Shown one piece after another: positions 24,670-37,609 of a stretch of 64,000 bases of DNA. How positions within the stretch are numbered: the stretch's first letter is position 1; every line of letters begins with the position of its first letter. The stretch spans positions 115,756,001 through 115,820,000 of the forward strand of contig NC_086097.1 of assembly GCF_963921235.1 (NCBI RefSeq), read 5' to 3'. Position numbers and translations under genes: made by a program. Origin of the DNA: Mobula hypostoma (taxonomy: Eukaryota). A model generated the notes under the pieces. It made no database searches and was not told the DNA's origin. It saw only the letters and a list, made by a program, of their open reading frames with translations.

Positions 24670-26582
24670 GAAAAGTTAGTTAGGAGGGCCAAAGGCAGCC
24701 ATGAAATATCCTTGGTGAGTAGCATCAAAGAGAATCCCAAGGCATTTATACTTATATGAAGACAAAAGAGTATAACTGAGGAGAGAGTAAGTCTACTTAA
24801 GGATAAGAACAGAATTTTTGTTTGGAGTCAGAAGAAAATGGCTGAAATATCAACTTCGTGTCAGTATTTACTGAGGAGAAGAACTGGAGGATAATGAAAG
24901 CTGAGTGGGGCATGCCAATGTGCTAGAACCTTTTGAGATAGACGAGGAGGTATTGCTGGGTCTTCCGGAAAGTATTAAGGTGGCTAAGTCCCCATAGTAT
25001 ATTGCAGAATATTGAAAGAAGCAAGGGAGGGGATTTCTGGCTTTTTTGGCAAGGATCATTATGTCCTCACTAGCAGCAGATGAGACAAAGAAGCTTGGTA
25101 AGGGTAAGACAGTGGACATAATCTACATGGACTTTAGCAAGGCTTTCGATAGGGTGCCTCTTGGTAGATTGATTCAGAAAATCAAGATGCATGGGATCCA
25201 CGGTGAACGGCAGGTTTAGATTCAGAACTAGCTTCCCATAGAAGACAGAGATTAGAGAAGGAAGTCTGTTATTTTGGCTAGAGGTCCACAACCAATGGTG
25301 TTCTGCAGAGATTAGTAGGGGACCTCTATTGTTTATGATAAATATCAATGATATGGATGAAAATGTAGATTGGCAAATTAGTGGATTGCACCAAGACTGG
25401 TGAAGTTGTGAACAATGTAAAGGAGAATCAAAGAATAGAGCAGGATATAGATCAATCACAGGTACGGACAAAGAAGAGGCCCCATCCCCTATCTTCTCCC
25501 CACATCCCTTCATGCCCTGACTAATCAAGGATCTATCAAACTCTGCCTTAAATGTACCTAATAGTTTGGCCTCCACAGCTTCCTGTGGCAACAAATTCCT
25601 CCTCATCTCTGTTCTAAATTGACATTCCTCTATTCTGAGGCCATGTCTTCTGTACTTAGACTCCCCCACTATAGGAAACATCCTCTCCACCTCCACTCTA
25701 TTGAGACCTTTGAAAATTCGATAGGTTTCCTTAGATTCCACCTCATTCTTCTGAATTTCAGTGAGTAGAGGCCTATTGCCATCAAATGCTCCTCATCTTC
25801 AATCCTGGAATCATTTTCATAAACCTCCTTTGAATCCTCTCTAACGTGAGCATATCCTTCCTTAGATAAGGGGCCCATAACTGCTCATAATACTCTCCAG
25901 TGCTTTATAAAGCTTCAGCGTTACATCCTTGCTTTTATATTCTAGTCCTCTCCAAATGTGGTGGGATTGCCTTCACTGTTAGAGGAGCTGAGCATCAGAA
26001 TAGGGAGTTCATGACCCCCTGCAGCTATATAAAACTTTAGTTGCACCACCCTTGGAGTATTGAGTGCAGCTCTGGTTGCCTCATGACTGGTAGGATGTGG
26101 AGGATGTGGAAACACTTCAGAAGAATTTAACAGGATGCTACCTTGAGTGAAGGGTATGAGATTTCAGGAAAAATTGAACAAACTTGGCTTCTTCTACCAA
26201 GAATGTCTAAAGCAGACAGGGGAACATGATAGAGAATTTTTAAACAATGAGAGGCACATATAGGCTAGACAATCGGAATTTTATTCCAAGGGTGGAAATG
26301 TCAAACAGCAGAGGACTTGTTATAAAATTAGAGAGGGAGAGTATAAAGGTGACGTGAGAGGCAAGGCGGAGGGTGGGGGGGGGGGGGTGGGTAGGCGCCA
26401 GAAATGGATTTCCAGAATCAGTCATGGAAGCAGGCAGTTGGGTGCAGTTTTAGAGGCTTCTGGATAGACACATAAATATGAAGCTAATGGGGGACGTTAC
26501 ACAGGAGGGAGGACTTTTAATATACATTTGCATTAATTTAGCCATGACATTATGGGCTGAATGGCCTGACTCATTCTGTATG
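24670..26582 (+). mobile_element. Degraded CR1 with an inverted CR1 3' piece inserted at about 25480-25960
   Basis: gtggacataatctacatggactttagcaaggctttcgatagggtgcct (VDIIYMDFSKAFDRVP); minus-strand CR1 C-terminal peptides in ORFs 25070-25741 and 25669-25878. Confidence 0.75.
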
Positions 26583-27309
26583 GTCTCTGATCTATTTTCC
26601 ATGCTATAAAATGGACTCCTTTCTAGTTTCAATGGGTGAACAGGTACAATTGTTGTCTTCATGTGGGGTGCAATATTGTAATTATAGTTTGATCATTTTC
26701 AACTCTGACTGAAGAGATGACTGGGGATAAATTGCTATAATTGGATATTGCTGTTGCTGTTTATTACTGGCCTGAGGCAATCCGAAATACTTTAATGAGT
26801 AAATACATTAAAATGACATGATTCAATTCCCTCATAATAGATTTATACAGAAGGCTGTTTGTGCAGTAAATTACCAAATTATCCTGCGTAAGAATGTGGC
26901 ATGCCTAATGAGTAAAAGGCTTTTAATGGAATATATGAATAGTTTGATATTAATTCTTTTCTTTAAATATGATTAACTTTCAAAATGTGTCAGAATCTCT
27001 TCAATGTGAGTTTGCTAGCATGATGGAATAGGTATGAGCCTGGGGTTATTGATGGACTCAAACCACAGCTCTCTGTTAATTCCAACCATCACTATCACTG
27101 CTTTTGCCTGACTACACAGGTCAGCTTTGTATCATTCATTCCCCATTTACTCTGAGAGACTAGCTGAGATTGTGAAAGAACACCTTTCCTCATTACTCCT
27201 CAAACCACACGGCCATACAAATCTTCGGCTTTTCAGTTTCTGGAGAGCTGGCCATTTCTGAGACAGTGGGTCTTTATCATTAAGCCGTTTAGACAGAGGC
27301 GGATACTTT

Positions 27310-28458
27310 AAACATTAGACAATAGGGTGGAGTGTGGACTCAGGAAAGGTTTATATGAAAGCAGCCATAGAGTCTGAATTATAGGCAGAGTTTGGGCAGG
27401 CTAGGATTTTATTCCTTGAAATCTAGGAGAATGAAGTTTGCCTTACAATTGTGTATAAAATCATGAGGGGCATAATCAGGGTGAGTACAGATAGTTTATT
27501 TTACCTAGGGAAAGGATACCAAATGCTAGAGGGCATAAAAGGTAAGTTCAAAATAAATTTATTCTAAAAGTGTGTATATTTAACTATATAGCACGCTGAA
27601 ATTCACTTTCTTGTAGGTACTCACAGTAGAACAAAGAAATACAATACAATCAATCAAAAACTACAAGGAAAGACTGCAAAAGAAAACAAAATGTGCCAAT
27701 ACAAAGTAATAATAAAAAAATAATAATGGTTGTAATAATAATAATAATAAATAAGTAAATAAAAAATATTCTGAACATGAGTTATTGAGAACATGAGTAA
27801 AATTTAGAACAAGGAATATGGAGTCCTTTCAAAGTGAGTCTATAGGTTGTGTTCAGAGTTATGGTGAGAGAAGTTATCCATACTGATGCTTGAAAGGTAA
27901 TAACTGTTCATGAATCTGGTGATATGGGACCTAAGGCTCCCGTACCTCCCTCCCAACAGCATCAGTGAGAGGAGAGCATGGCCCAGATGGTGGAGGCTGC
28001 TTTCTTGTGGCAGTGCTCCTTGTAGAAATGCTCAATGATCAGGAGGGCTTTTCCTGTTTTGGATTGGTCTGTATCTTCCACTTTTGCAAGCTTTTCTGTT
28101 CTTGGACACTGGAGTTTCCATACCAGGCTGTGGTACAACCAGTCAGGATCCTTTCCGTTGAATATCTACAGAAGTTTGTCCAAGCTTTAGATGACATGCC
28201 AAATCTGCAAAAACTTCTCAAAAAGTTCTAAGAAAGTGGAAAGATTTAAAAAAGGCATGAGAGGCAACTGCGTATATGGAAATACTATAAAAACATTTAA
28301 AAGATATTTGGATAAGTATATAGATATGAAAGGTTTTGAGCATATGGGCCAAATATGGGCAAAAGGGTCTAGCTTTGGTGGTCAGCATGGATGAGTTTGG
28401 ATGAAGGGTCTGTTCTCAGGTTGTAATACTTTTGTATTACCCAATGACTCTATGATTC
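27310..28458 (+). mobile_element. Degraded CR1 3' end split by a minus-strand Rex1-like fragment (about 27545-28230)
   Basis: CR1 'RGH' at 27528-27536 resumes at 28232; insert encodes FCRYSTERILTGCTTAWYGN; gactctatga tail. Confidence 0.7.
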
Positions 28459-29579
28459 AGATATTGCTGCCTGGGTCATGATGCACCAGTCTCCAGTAGA
28501 ATGCTCGGGGCTGTATGATATCACCCATTAAGGCCATCTGGAGTCTCTTCAATCTCTCTGCAATTTGAATTAATTGCCAACATATATGAAATTAAGCTAA
28601 AATGCCTAAAGATTCTTTTTTAAATGTAACACTGGTCACGACCCTTTGAGTGGTTAACATTACAGAGAGAGGAGAGGTTGAGGTCTACTTTTGTTTATTA
28701 GACAGGTTCCTAGCATCTAAAAATTGAATTCTGCATGGCTCATTTTAACCCCTCACCACTTTGTTCTTGTATTAATGGGCCATTTTATTAATAACGAATG
28801 TTTCATCAGAATTGTGCCTTGAAGTAAACAGCTATTTGCTTTGATATTTCTGTGAACCCACTGCACCATCTTTTCTCCTGTAGCAAACATGGTGCATTTG
28901 AACATTTGAACATCTTTCCCTCTGCAACTACTTAAAGAAAAATTATGCCCTTCTCAACATTTTAAGCATGAAGCAAAAGTAATCTGTAATTTTTTACCTA
29001 TTAATGACTGGTGTTGGCCAGAAAGAACTACAATCAGTGAACATGAATGGAGATGGCCTTTTAGTGAGACTGTCTTTGCAGCTGCCATTTTGTGACCTAT
29101 TTGAAGAACTGATTCTTCCTCTGGGATAACTTAATAAGAACAACTGAAATGGGCACAAGGAGTTTCTGCTAATGATCTGCTAAACCTGAGACCATTCTCA
29201 AAGAAGAAAATGTTCATTGTGTAAAATGGCAGGTTTGCAAAAGCAATCTTGTCATCTGGGCCCAGTGTCTGGGTGAATCAGTTTAACTGATTTCAATCAG
29301 TCAGAGTTGATTGGAACAAAAAATGTCATCTAAGAAATGAAGTTGAAGATGAAGGCCATAAAACAAAACAGTTTGTAGCCCTGGGCTATATCCAATGCGA
29401 AATGACACAGGCTAGTCAGATAAACTTGAGCCAGCAAAACGGAACCATCTGATAATGGAGGGAATGAGAATGAAGGATTATAGGAGTGCCGGCTGCAAAG
29501 ACCAAAGCCCAGCTGGATGGATGGAAGGCAAAGAAGAAAGGAGTCAAAAGAAAGGAGACATTAATGCTCAGGAAGAGGG

Positions 29580-30476
29580 ACCAAGTGCGGTGTATCTAAG
29601 TTTGCTGATGACACCAAATTGAGTGGATAAGCAAACTGTGCAGAGGATACAGAGAGTCTGCAGAGAGATATCGATAGGTTGAGTAAGTGGGCAAGGGTCT
29701 GGCAGATGGTGTACAGTGTTGGTAAGTGTGAGGTAATCCACTTTGGAAGGAAAAATGGAAGATCAGATTATTATTTAAATAGTAAAAGATTGCAGCATAC
29801 TGCTGTGCAGAAGGACTTGAGAGTATGTTTTTGTGAATCACAAAAGGTTGGCTTACAGGTGCAGCAGGTTATCAAGAAGACAAATGCAATGTTGGTCTTC
29901 ATTGCTAGAAGGATTGAATTTAAGAGCAGGGAGGTTATGCTGCAACTGTATAGGGTACTGGTGAGGCCTCATCTGGAGCAATATGTGTAGTTCTGGTCTC
30001 CTTGCTTGAGGAAGGATATACTGGCTCTGCAGGCAGTGCAGAGGAAGTTCACCATGTTGAGGGGGTTAGACTATGAGGAGAGATTGAATCGCCTGGAACT
30101 GTACTCGCTGGAATTCAGAAAGATGAAAGGAGATCTCATAGAAACTTATCAAATTCTGAAAGTGAACTAGTGGACATAGCGTCAAGATTTGGGGGAGTAA
30201 ATTTAGGATGGAGATGAGGAGGAACTGCTTTTCACAAAAAGTGGTGAATCTCTGGTATTCTCTGCCCAATGAAGCACTGGAGGGTACCTCAGTAAATATA
30301 TTTAAGACAAAGTTGGATAGATTTTTGCATAGTAGGGGAATTAAGTGTTATGGACAAGTCAGGTAGGTAGAGATGAGTCCAGGGTCAGATCAGCCATGAT
30401 CTTATTGAATGGCAGAGCAGACTCGACAGGCCAGATGGCCTACTCCTGCTCCTATTTCTTATGTTACGTTCTTATA
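29580..30476 (+). mobile_element. CR1 RT C-terminal fragment with 3' UTR
   Basis: SKFADDTKL, KCEVIHFGRKN, RPHLE; (tcttatg)-like tail. Confidence 0.9.
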
Positions 30477-30576
30477 TGAAATCAAAGCATTCGTCAGATG
30501 ACGTTGTGAATGAGGAAACGAAGAGGAGAGATCAGATCGTAAAGGGAGCAATAGAAGGATTAATAAAACTCCAGTG

Positions 30577-30965
30577 GATGGGGAGGAGGTCTGTCTCCTA
30601 CATGTGTAGCACACAGGCCCTCCGGTCTGTGGACACACCCTGTTGCTCGTGAACCAGATCCCCAGTTATGTGTAAATAGCCCCACTGCCTTGTGGGCAGC
30701 CTTGGCAGACATGAAGGCTGTGGGTGTAAACCCAGACAGCAAATCCGGAGTGGAGCCCCCAAGGTGGCTGGATGTCATTGAACGTCCTTCCGGCAGCTCC
30801 TACAGCCAAGCTGGTGCTAAACATATTGCTTCATAAGCTTTCCTTTGGTGAAGACGAGAGGGGGTTCTTGATAATTGGGCTTCTCAGGGTCTTCATACCT
30901 TCTGTCCAGGCTTGTGCTGATGATGATCATCGCCCACTGTCCTTTGAGGCAGACGGATGCCAACC
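30577..30965 (+). mobile_element. Non-coding RTE-related retroposon with 9-bp TSD
   Basis: actccagtg at 30568-30576 and 30966-30974; shares ctgccttg...gtaaaccc motif with 57190-57788. Confidence 0.6.
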
Positions 30966-31009
30966 ACTCCAGTGAACTAAATGCACCTCCCAAAATCAAA
31001 ATGTACAAA

Positions 31010-31180
31010 GCAAAAGAAGAAGGAAGGTGAGAAAAAGTTGAAAAAGGAGAAGAAAAGTGTCCAGAGCTGTCAGAACCAACCACTTCCTGCAGTCTCAGAG
31101 TCAACTCCTGCAACTGCCATGGAGTAGGTTCCAGAACCTATGTATATGTTAGTAAAACATTCTTGTTTGTTTAAATAATG
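31010..31180 (+). mobile_element. Small fragment of the Gypsy family found at 46411-58916
   Basis: agagctgtcagaacca..cacttcctgcagtc.cagagtcaa shared with 58673-58710. Confidence 0.65.
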
Positions 31181-32509
31181 GGAAGCGTGGTACTGGCAGA
31201 ATATTTTCACAGCAGAGGAGAAAAGCAATCCTCAAGAGATATTAGGGAGCCAGGAAACTAATGAAGGCAAGGAGCAAAAGAAAGCTGATACTGTACTAGT
31301 ACAAAAAGCAGTGCTGGAGAAATTAACTACACTGAAAGCCAACAAATTTCCATAATTTGCATTTCAGATATTTTAACATGGTAGCTGTGGATATGAAATC
31401 AAAGCATTTCTTAAATTCTATAGATTATGGATTGCAGTAAAATTTGATAATATAATACCCACACCCCCTGCCCCCTGTCAAATCACCATTTCAAATTTAA
31501 CTTCTTTTTAGAAGTTATTGCATAGTATACTCTGTTTTCAGTGAATGAGGTAACTTTGAAGAGAAATAGAGAAGCTATGCTTGGTGTGTTTTAAAGCTGG
31601 GACATGGATCCTGAAAATTTTAAACAAGTAATTGAACAGAGCCACTGCGTGTTTCAATGGAGCATGGGAAGAGGGGCCCACTGTTTAAAATAATCTAGGG
31701 AACAAGACCCCAAAAATTTAAAAGCAGTGGAGAGTAAGGCACCATTAAGTTTAAAAGGGGCATGAGAACAGGTTTCTGGTGAGTTTAAAAGCATTTCCGA
31801 ACACTAAGAAAAAACAGTGGTCCTCAAGTCATTGCAACATGCTTAAAATTTTCTCTGTACTTTATCAATTTTTTTGATATCTTTCCTGCAGCATACCATT
31901 TATATTGATAATTATTTATTGGCATAATTTGAAAATAGATAATGAATAGGAAAGAGATAACAAGAATAAACAGTTATTTTACAGAGAGCTGTACCACAAG
32001 GATCTATTCTTGGGTTTCAGCTTTTGATAACATTCAATAATTTGGATAAGGTAATCACATGGATTAATTATAAGCTTTCTGATGACACTAAAGTGAGCAA
32101 GCTTATGAATTGTGAGAAAGGTACAAAGATTTGCCCCAATTACAATCAAAAGTGAAACATATAACCAAACTTTGCATCTCAAAACTAGATTTTTGACTAA
32201 AATAAATTATAACTAAAAAATCATAAATCACATATTGAAAAAAAAGTGCCGATTAAATAAATTAAATGTAATGACCACTGCAAGGTAGGCTTTGTTTTGT
32301 GGTTTTGGCCTGTGAGAGATGGCAAAGGCCAATATGATCTAGTACTAAATATCTGTATCTGCAACTTGGACATAGAGAGAGAGAAAGTTAACTGGACTCA
32401 TTGTTCCAAGAACTAGTCACGGGTAAAATATTGTAGATTTAAAAGTGAAAAGGTTTAAGACCATAAGCGACACAGATATGGGGAGTCAGAAGATGGTAGA
32501 GAAATCTTA

Positions 32510-33140
32510 AAATTCAACATTTAAAGTAAATTTTATTATTGAAGTACATATATTCACCATATACAACCCTGAGATTCATTTTCTTGTGGGCATACTGAAC
32601 AAATCTATAGAATAGTAACTATAACAGGATCAATGAAAAACCACCCACCTACTAGGGTGTTCAACCAGAGTGTAGAAACAACAAACTGTGCAAATGCAAA
32701 TATATCAATAAATGTTGAGAACATGAGAGGAAGAGCCCTTGAAAGTGAGTCCATTGGTTGTGGGAACATTTCAATGATAGGGTAAGTGAAGTTGAGTAAA
32801 GTTATCCCCTTTTGTCCAAGAGAGTGATGGTTGAGGGGTAGTAACTGTTCCTGAACCTGATGGTACGAGTCCTGAGGCTCTTGTACCTTCTTCCAGGTGG
32901 CAACAGTGAGAAGAGAGGGTGTCTAAGGTGGTGGGGAACCTTGGTAATGAATGCTGCTTTCCTACAACAGTGTTTCATGTAAATGTGCTCAATGGTTGGG
33001 AGGGCTTTACCTATGATGGTTTTGGGCCGAATCCACTACTTTTTGTAGGATTTTCCATTTAAGGGCATTGGTTTTTCCATACCAGGTTGTGATGCAGCCA
33101 TCCAATATACTCTCCGCTGTACATCTTCGGAAGTTCGTCA
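32510..33140 (-). mobile_element. Rex1-like 3' fragment
   Basis: Clearly homologous to 15897-16540 and 27545-28230 (ccttgaaagtgagtcc, gttatcccct, ccataccaggttgtgatgcagcc). Confidence 0.8.
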
Positions 33141-34968
33141 AACTTATATGCTTCTAACACATAGAATTCATAGAGCTTCAATGATCAAGTGTAGGGTACC
33201 CAGAATCCATTACAGAGGGGCTCTCTCCAGCAGATAGTAAACATGATTAATTGAAGATTAGCTTTATTCATCATGTGTACATCAAAACATACAGTAAAGT
33301 GCATTGCTTGCTTCAAATCAATTCAGCAGAGATTGTGGCACACAGCCGGCAAGTATCATCACACTTCTGGCAACAATATAGCATGCTCACAACTCACTAG
33401 GCCTAATAGTACACATTAGGAATGTGGGATGCTGTCATGGGAAGAACAGGCAGCAGCAGGAACCTTATGTATCACATGACTACATCTATCTGGGTAAGTA
33501 GTTAGCAATTTCCTAACTTGACCTTTGGACGATTTTAGTCTTACAAGTGATGTAGATGAAATCAATGTAATTGAGGTAATGCAACTACGCAAAAACATGT
33601 GACATAATTAGGGAAGAATAGCAGTTTGCGGCATTATTTAATGAGCGCATTAAGCATTCACGAGGAATTGCAACTACAGAGTGATGCTAATAGAGAACTG
33701 CAGGCTGAACTGGATTGTTTAAAGTAGAGAACTCCAGGAAAAATTTGGTTGGAACACCACAAATCTAGCAGGTGGCGATAATGCACTGAAAACTGGTTGC
33801 CAACCGCCATAAAACAAAAAAGAAGAAGACCTTTGAGGATAACAAGGAGCTATAGCTATAAGCAGGTAAAGCAAGCAGGAGTAATTGCAGAAAATCTAAG
33901 GTAAGTTTAAAGAATGTAAAACAATTCATGAAATGTTCCAGCATAGATGAGGTCATTTGGTTAACTGTATCAACTCAGTGAAAGGGCCAACAATTGATCT
34001 CATCCCATAACCTTCATTATTTTTTCTTTATAATATAGACCTAGTTTCCTTGAAATTACTATTGAATCTGCTTTGCCCTTTATTTCAAGCAATCCATTCC
34101 AGGAAAGAAGAATTTAATATATAAAAGGTTTCTTCATTGTCATGACCTATAGGCCTCTGCAGCATGCAGTTAAGTGTTAAGCTGCTAGGTTTCTCGAGCA
34201 GCTGTATTTACTAATTGTTGTCTTAACTAGAGTTGTTAAGTCCTTGTGTTTTCTATTTAATCTTGTCAAGTTAATTGTGACTGACATGGGTTTTCCACAT
34301 CCTGTGATTATTTAATGGGGACCTGACTAACTCTTGTTATGGGGGTTCTTGTGTGGAAAATGATTTATCTTATGGTGTTGTTTGGTAGTGCTGTTGATGG
34401 TCTGTAGGAATTCCTCTGTATAACACGCTCTTTCCATCTCTACATGGGAGTCTGCTGGTCCTCCACAACTGAGTTCAGTCATTGCCAGCACTCACCATGA
34501 TATTCATCTTCCCTGTGCTTTTTGCAAAGCTAAAGATTAAAGATTAGCTTTATTTGTCACAAGAACATTGAAGCATTCAGTGAGGGAGTAAACTGGAGCA
34601 CCCAAAGGAAACTCATGTGGTCAGGGGAGAATATACAATCTACTTACTGACAGCAGCCATGCATTTGGCAGATTGGTATATTTGATGACCTCTCATCATC
34701 TCACTTCTTTTTCAGTGGAATGATCTTGTAAGTATTTGGAATTGATTGGGACATTTGATATCAACTCTTATAAAATGATAAAGAGATACAGGATTTCAGG
34801 ATGTATATTGTACATTTCTCTGACATTAAATGTACCAATTGATACAGCACAAAAATAGGTCCTTCAGCTCATCTAGTAGGCACTGAATATCAACCACCCA
34901 TTTTATCCTTGACTTACTGCCTGTTATGCCACTGGTGCTTAGGGCAGCAATGAAGGTCCTCCATTTCT

Positions 34969-36503
34969 GCCCAAGAAATAGTGGATGCATTAGTGATAAT
35001 TTTTCAAAACTCGTTAGATTCTGGACTAGTTCCTGAGGATTGGAGGGTGGCTAATGTAACCCCACTTTTTAAAAAAGGAGGGAGAGAGAAACCGGGGAAT
35101 TATAGGCCGGTTAGCCTAACGTCGGTGGTGGGGAAACTGCTGGAGTCAGTTATCAAGGATGTGATAACAGCACATTTGGAAAGCGGTGAAATGATCGGAC
35201 AAAGTCAGCATGGATTTGTGAAAGGAAAATCATGTCTGACGAATCTCATAGAATTTTTTGAGGATGTAACTAGTAGAGTGGATAGGGGAGAACCAGTGGA
35301 TGTGGTATATTTGGATTTTCAAAAGGCTTTTGACAAGGTCCCACACAGGAGATTAGTGTGCAAACTTAAAGCACACGGTATTGGGGGTAAGGTATTGGTG
35401 TGGGTGGAGAATTGGTTAGCAGACAGGAAGCAAAGAGTGGGAATAAACGGGACCTTTTCAGAATGGCAGGCGGTGACTAGTGGGGTACCGCAAGGCTCAG
35501 TGCTGGGACCCCAGTTGTTTACAATATATATTAATGACTTGGATGAGGGAATTAAATGCAGCATCTCCAAGTTTGCGGATGACACGAAGCTGGGTGGCAG
35601 TGTTAGCAGTGAGGAGGATGCTAAGAGGATGCAGGGTGACTTGGATAGGTTGGGTGAGTGGGCAAACTCATGGCAGATGCAATTTAATGTGGATAAATGT
35701 GAAGTTATCCACTTTGGTGGCAAAAATAGGAAAACAGATTATTATCTGAATGGTGGCCGATTAGGAAAAGGGGAGGTGCAACGAGACCTGGGTGTCATTA
35801 TACACCAGTCATTGAAAGTGGGCATGCAGGTACAGCAGGCGGTGAAAAAGGCGAACGGTATGCTGGCATTTATAGCGAGAGGATTCGAGTACAGGAGCAG
35901 GGAGGTACTACTGCAGTTGTACAAGGCCTTGGTGAGACCACACCTGGAGTATTGTGTGCAGTTTTGGTCCCCTAATCTGAGGAAAGACATCTTTGCCATA
36001 GAGGGAGTACAAAGAAGGTTCACCAGATTGATTCCTGGGATGGCAGGTCTTTCATATGAAGAAAGACTGGATGAACTGGGCTTGTACTCGTTGGAATTTA
36101 GAAGATTGAGGGGGGATCTGATTGAAACGTATAAGATCCTCAAGGGATTAGACAGGCTAGATGCGGGAAGATTGTTCCCGATGTTGGGGAGGTCTAGAAC
36201 GAGGGGTCACAGTTTGAGGATAGAGGGGAAGCCTTTTAGGACCGAGGTTAGGAAAAACTTCTTCACACAGAGAGTGGTGAATCTGTGGAATTCTCTGCCA
36301 CAGCAAACTGTTGAGGCCAGTTCATTAGCTATGTTTAAAAGGAAGTTAGATATGGCCCTTGTGGCTACAGGGGTCAGGGGGTATGGAGGGAAGGCTGGGT
36401 TCTGAGTTGGATGATCAGCCATGATCATAATAAATGGCGGTGCAGGCTCGAAGGGCCGAATGGCCTACTCCTGCACCTATTTTCTATGTTTCTATGTTTC
36501 TAT
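34969..36503 (+). mobile_element. Young 5'-truncated CR1 LINE with complete RT domain
   Basis: 474-codon open frame, 3' UTR, (TTTCTATG)3 tail. Confidence 0.96.
34981..36405 (+). CDS. CR1 ORF2 reverse transcriptase (RT core intact; endonuclease lost by 5' truncation)
   Basis: [38 protein letters not shown]; no stops or frameshifts. Confidence 0.88.
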   Translation: MDALVIIFQNSLDSGLVPEDWRVANVTPLFKKGGREKPGNYRPVSLTSVVGKLLESVIKDVITAHLESGEMIGQSQHGFVKGKSCLTNLIEFFEDVTSRVDRGEPVDVVYLDFQKAFDKVPHRRLVCKLKAHGIGGKVLVWVENWLADRKQRVGINGTFSEWQAVTSGVPQGSVLGPQLFTIYINDLDEGIKCSISKFADDTKLGGSVSSEEDAKRMQGDLDRLGEWANSWQMQFNVDKCEVIHFGGKNRKTDYYLNGGRLGKGEVQRDLGVIIHQSLKVGMQVQQAVKKANGMLAFIARGFEYRSREVLLQLYKALVRPHLEYCVQFWSPNLRKDIFAIEGVQRRFTRLIPGMAGLSYEERLDELGLYSLEFRRLRGDLIETYKILKGLDRLDAGRLFPMLGRSRTRGHSLRIEGKPFRTEVRKNFFTQRVVNLWNSLPQQTVEASSLAMFKRKLDMALVATGVRGYGGKAGF

Positions 36504-37609
36504 ATACAAGTATTCTTCCTTGCTGTTTTCATAGCAATTTCTTTAGACTGGTCAAGGTTGTTAGCCCTGAGCAGAACCCCTGAACCTGGGGGACTGGTGG
36601 ACCATGCTTAGTCTGGCCTCTACCCTTTGCCTGGGTGACCTTACCAAAAGCCAAAGCATAAAGCCCTGACCCCTGTCAATATAGCTCTCCAGGTCACTGA
36701 GGCGCACCATTTTACATTAATGCCACATTAATCCATTATTCTCCCATATTCTAGCTCTCACATATGTACTAGGATTATTGATCTTGCTGACGATATTATG
36801 TGACCTGAAAGTAAATGGAGCATTTTGACGCAGTGAGGATTAGAAAATACTTGAATGAACTATTTGGTAGAGCGCTGATTAATTTTTGTTAAAGGCTGAA
36901 TACTTCTCTCACGTCCAAGGTGTGCATTGTATTCTGTGGCATCTGAAAGTAGATAATTGAAGCCAAAAGGAAGATGATGAAAAGAGGGTAATGACCTTCC
37001 TTTTTCTGTGGTTCTGAAAGTACGTCAGATGAGTCTGCATCTTTTCATTGCTATGGCAATGCAGCTGTTGAAAGGCTATGGCTTGGAAAGCACAAATAAT
37101 TAGAAAAACTTCTCCAGCAGCATTAGAACAATCAGAAGGACAAGGGGAAATGTGATTTGTTCTATTTTTAACCTTGCTGCAGAGATAAACTGTTTGTAAT
37201 AGTGCATTTATTTAAAAAATGCATTTTCCTCTCTTTTTCTTCATCTAAGGTAAACATTTGCTTTCAGGCTTCGGTCTGGTTGCTGAGAGTAGGTATGACA
37301 TTGACAACACACAGAGAGCTATATATAAGATCTGAATGCAATCCACTGCATATCTTAAAGTCTGTCCCGAGCCCTGTGGCCCATCAGGCCGGTGCTTATG
37401 CAGGTTTCTGTACTCCCAGTCGATCCACTGCATGTTACTCTGACAGAAAAAGCTTCTGACTCTGAGTTTTATGTAGGTATGCTTAATCTGGATTTTGCCC
37501 TAAACACCAAATGGTGAATCAACATTCTTCCATTTTGTATAAAGCCGGCATGTTGGATTTTCCAAATTGTTATCAAAATAAGATTGCAATTTATGATAAA
37601 GTATAATTT

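Larger units (their letters stand above)
34900..36706 (-). mobile_element. Short RTE-derived element (34900-34968 and 36504-36706) split by the young CR1
   Basis: Left piece resembles an inverted RTE 3' end (tgccactggtgcttagggcagcaatgaaggtcctccat); right piece resembles an inverted RTE 5' UTR (gttgttagccctgagcagaacccctgaacctgg); pattern recognition only. Confidence 0.5.

Noticed and set aside
26366..26395. G-run / G-quadruplex candidates (also 2251-2264, 20525-20546, 38070-38081)
   Set aside because: Homopolymer expansions, mostly inside decayed repeats and prone to sequencing error; no functional evidence.
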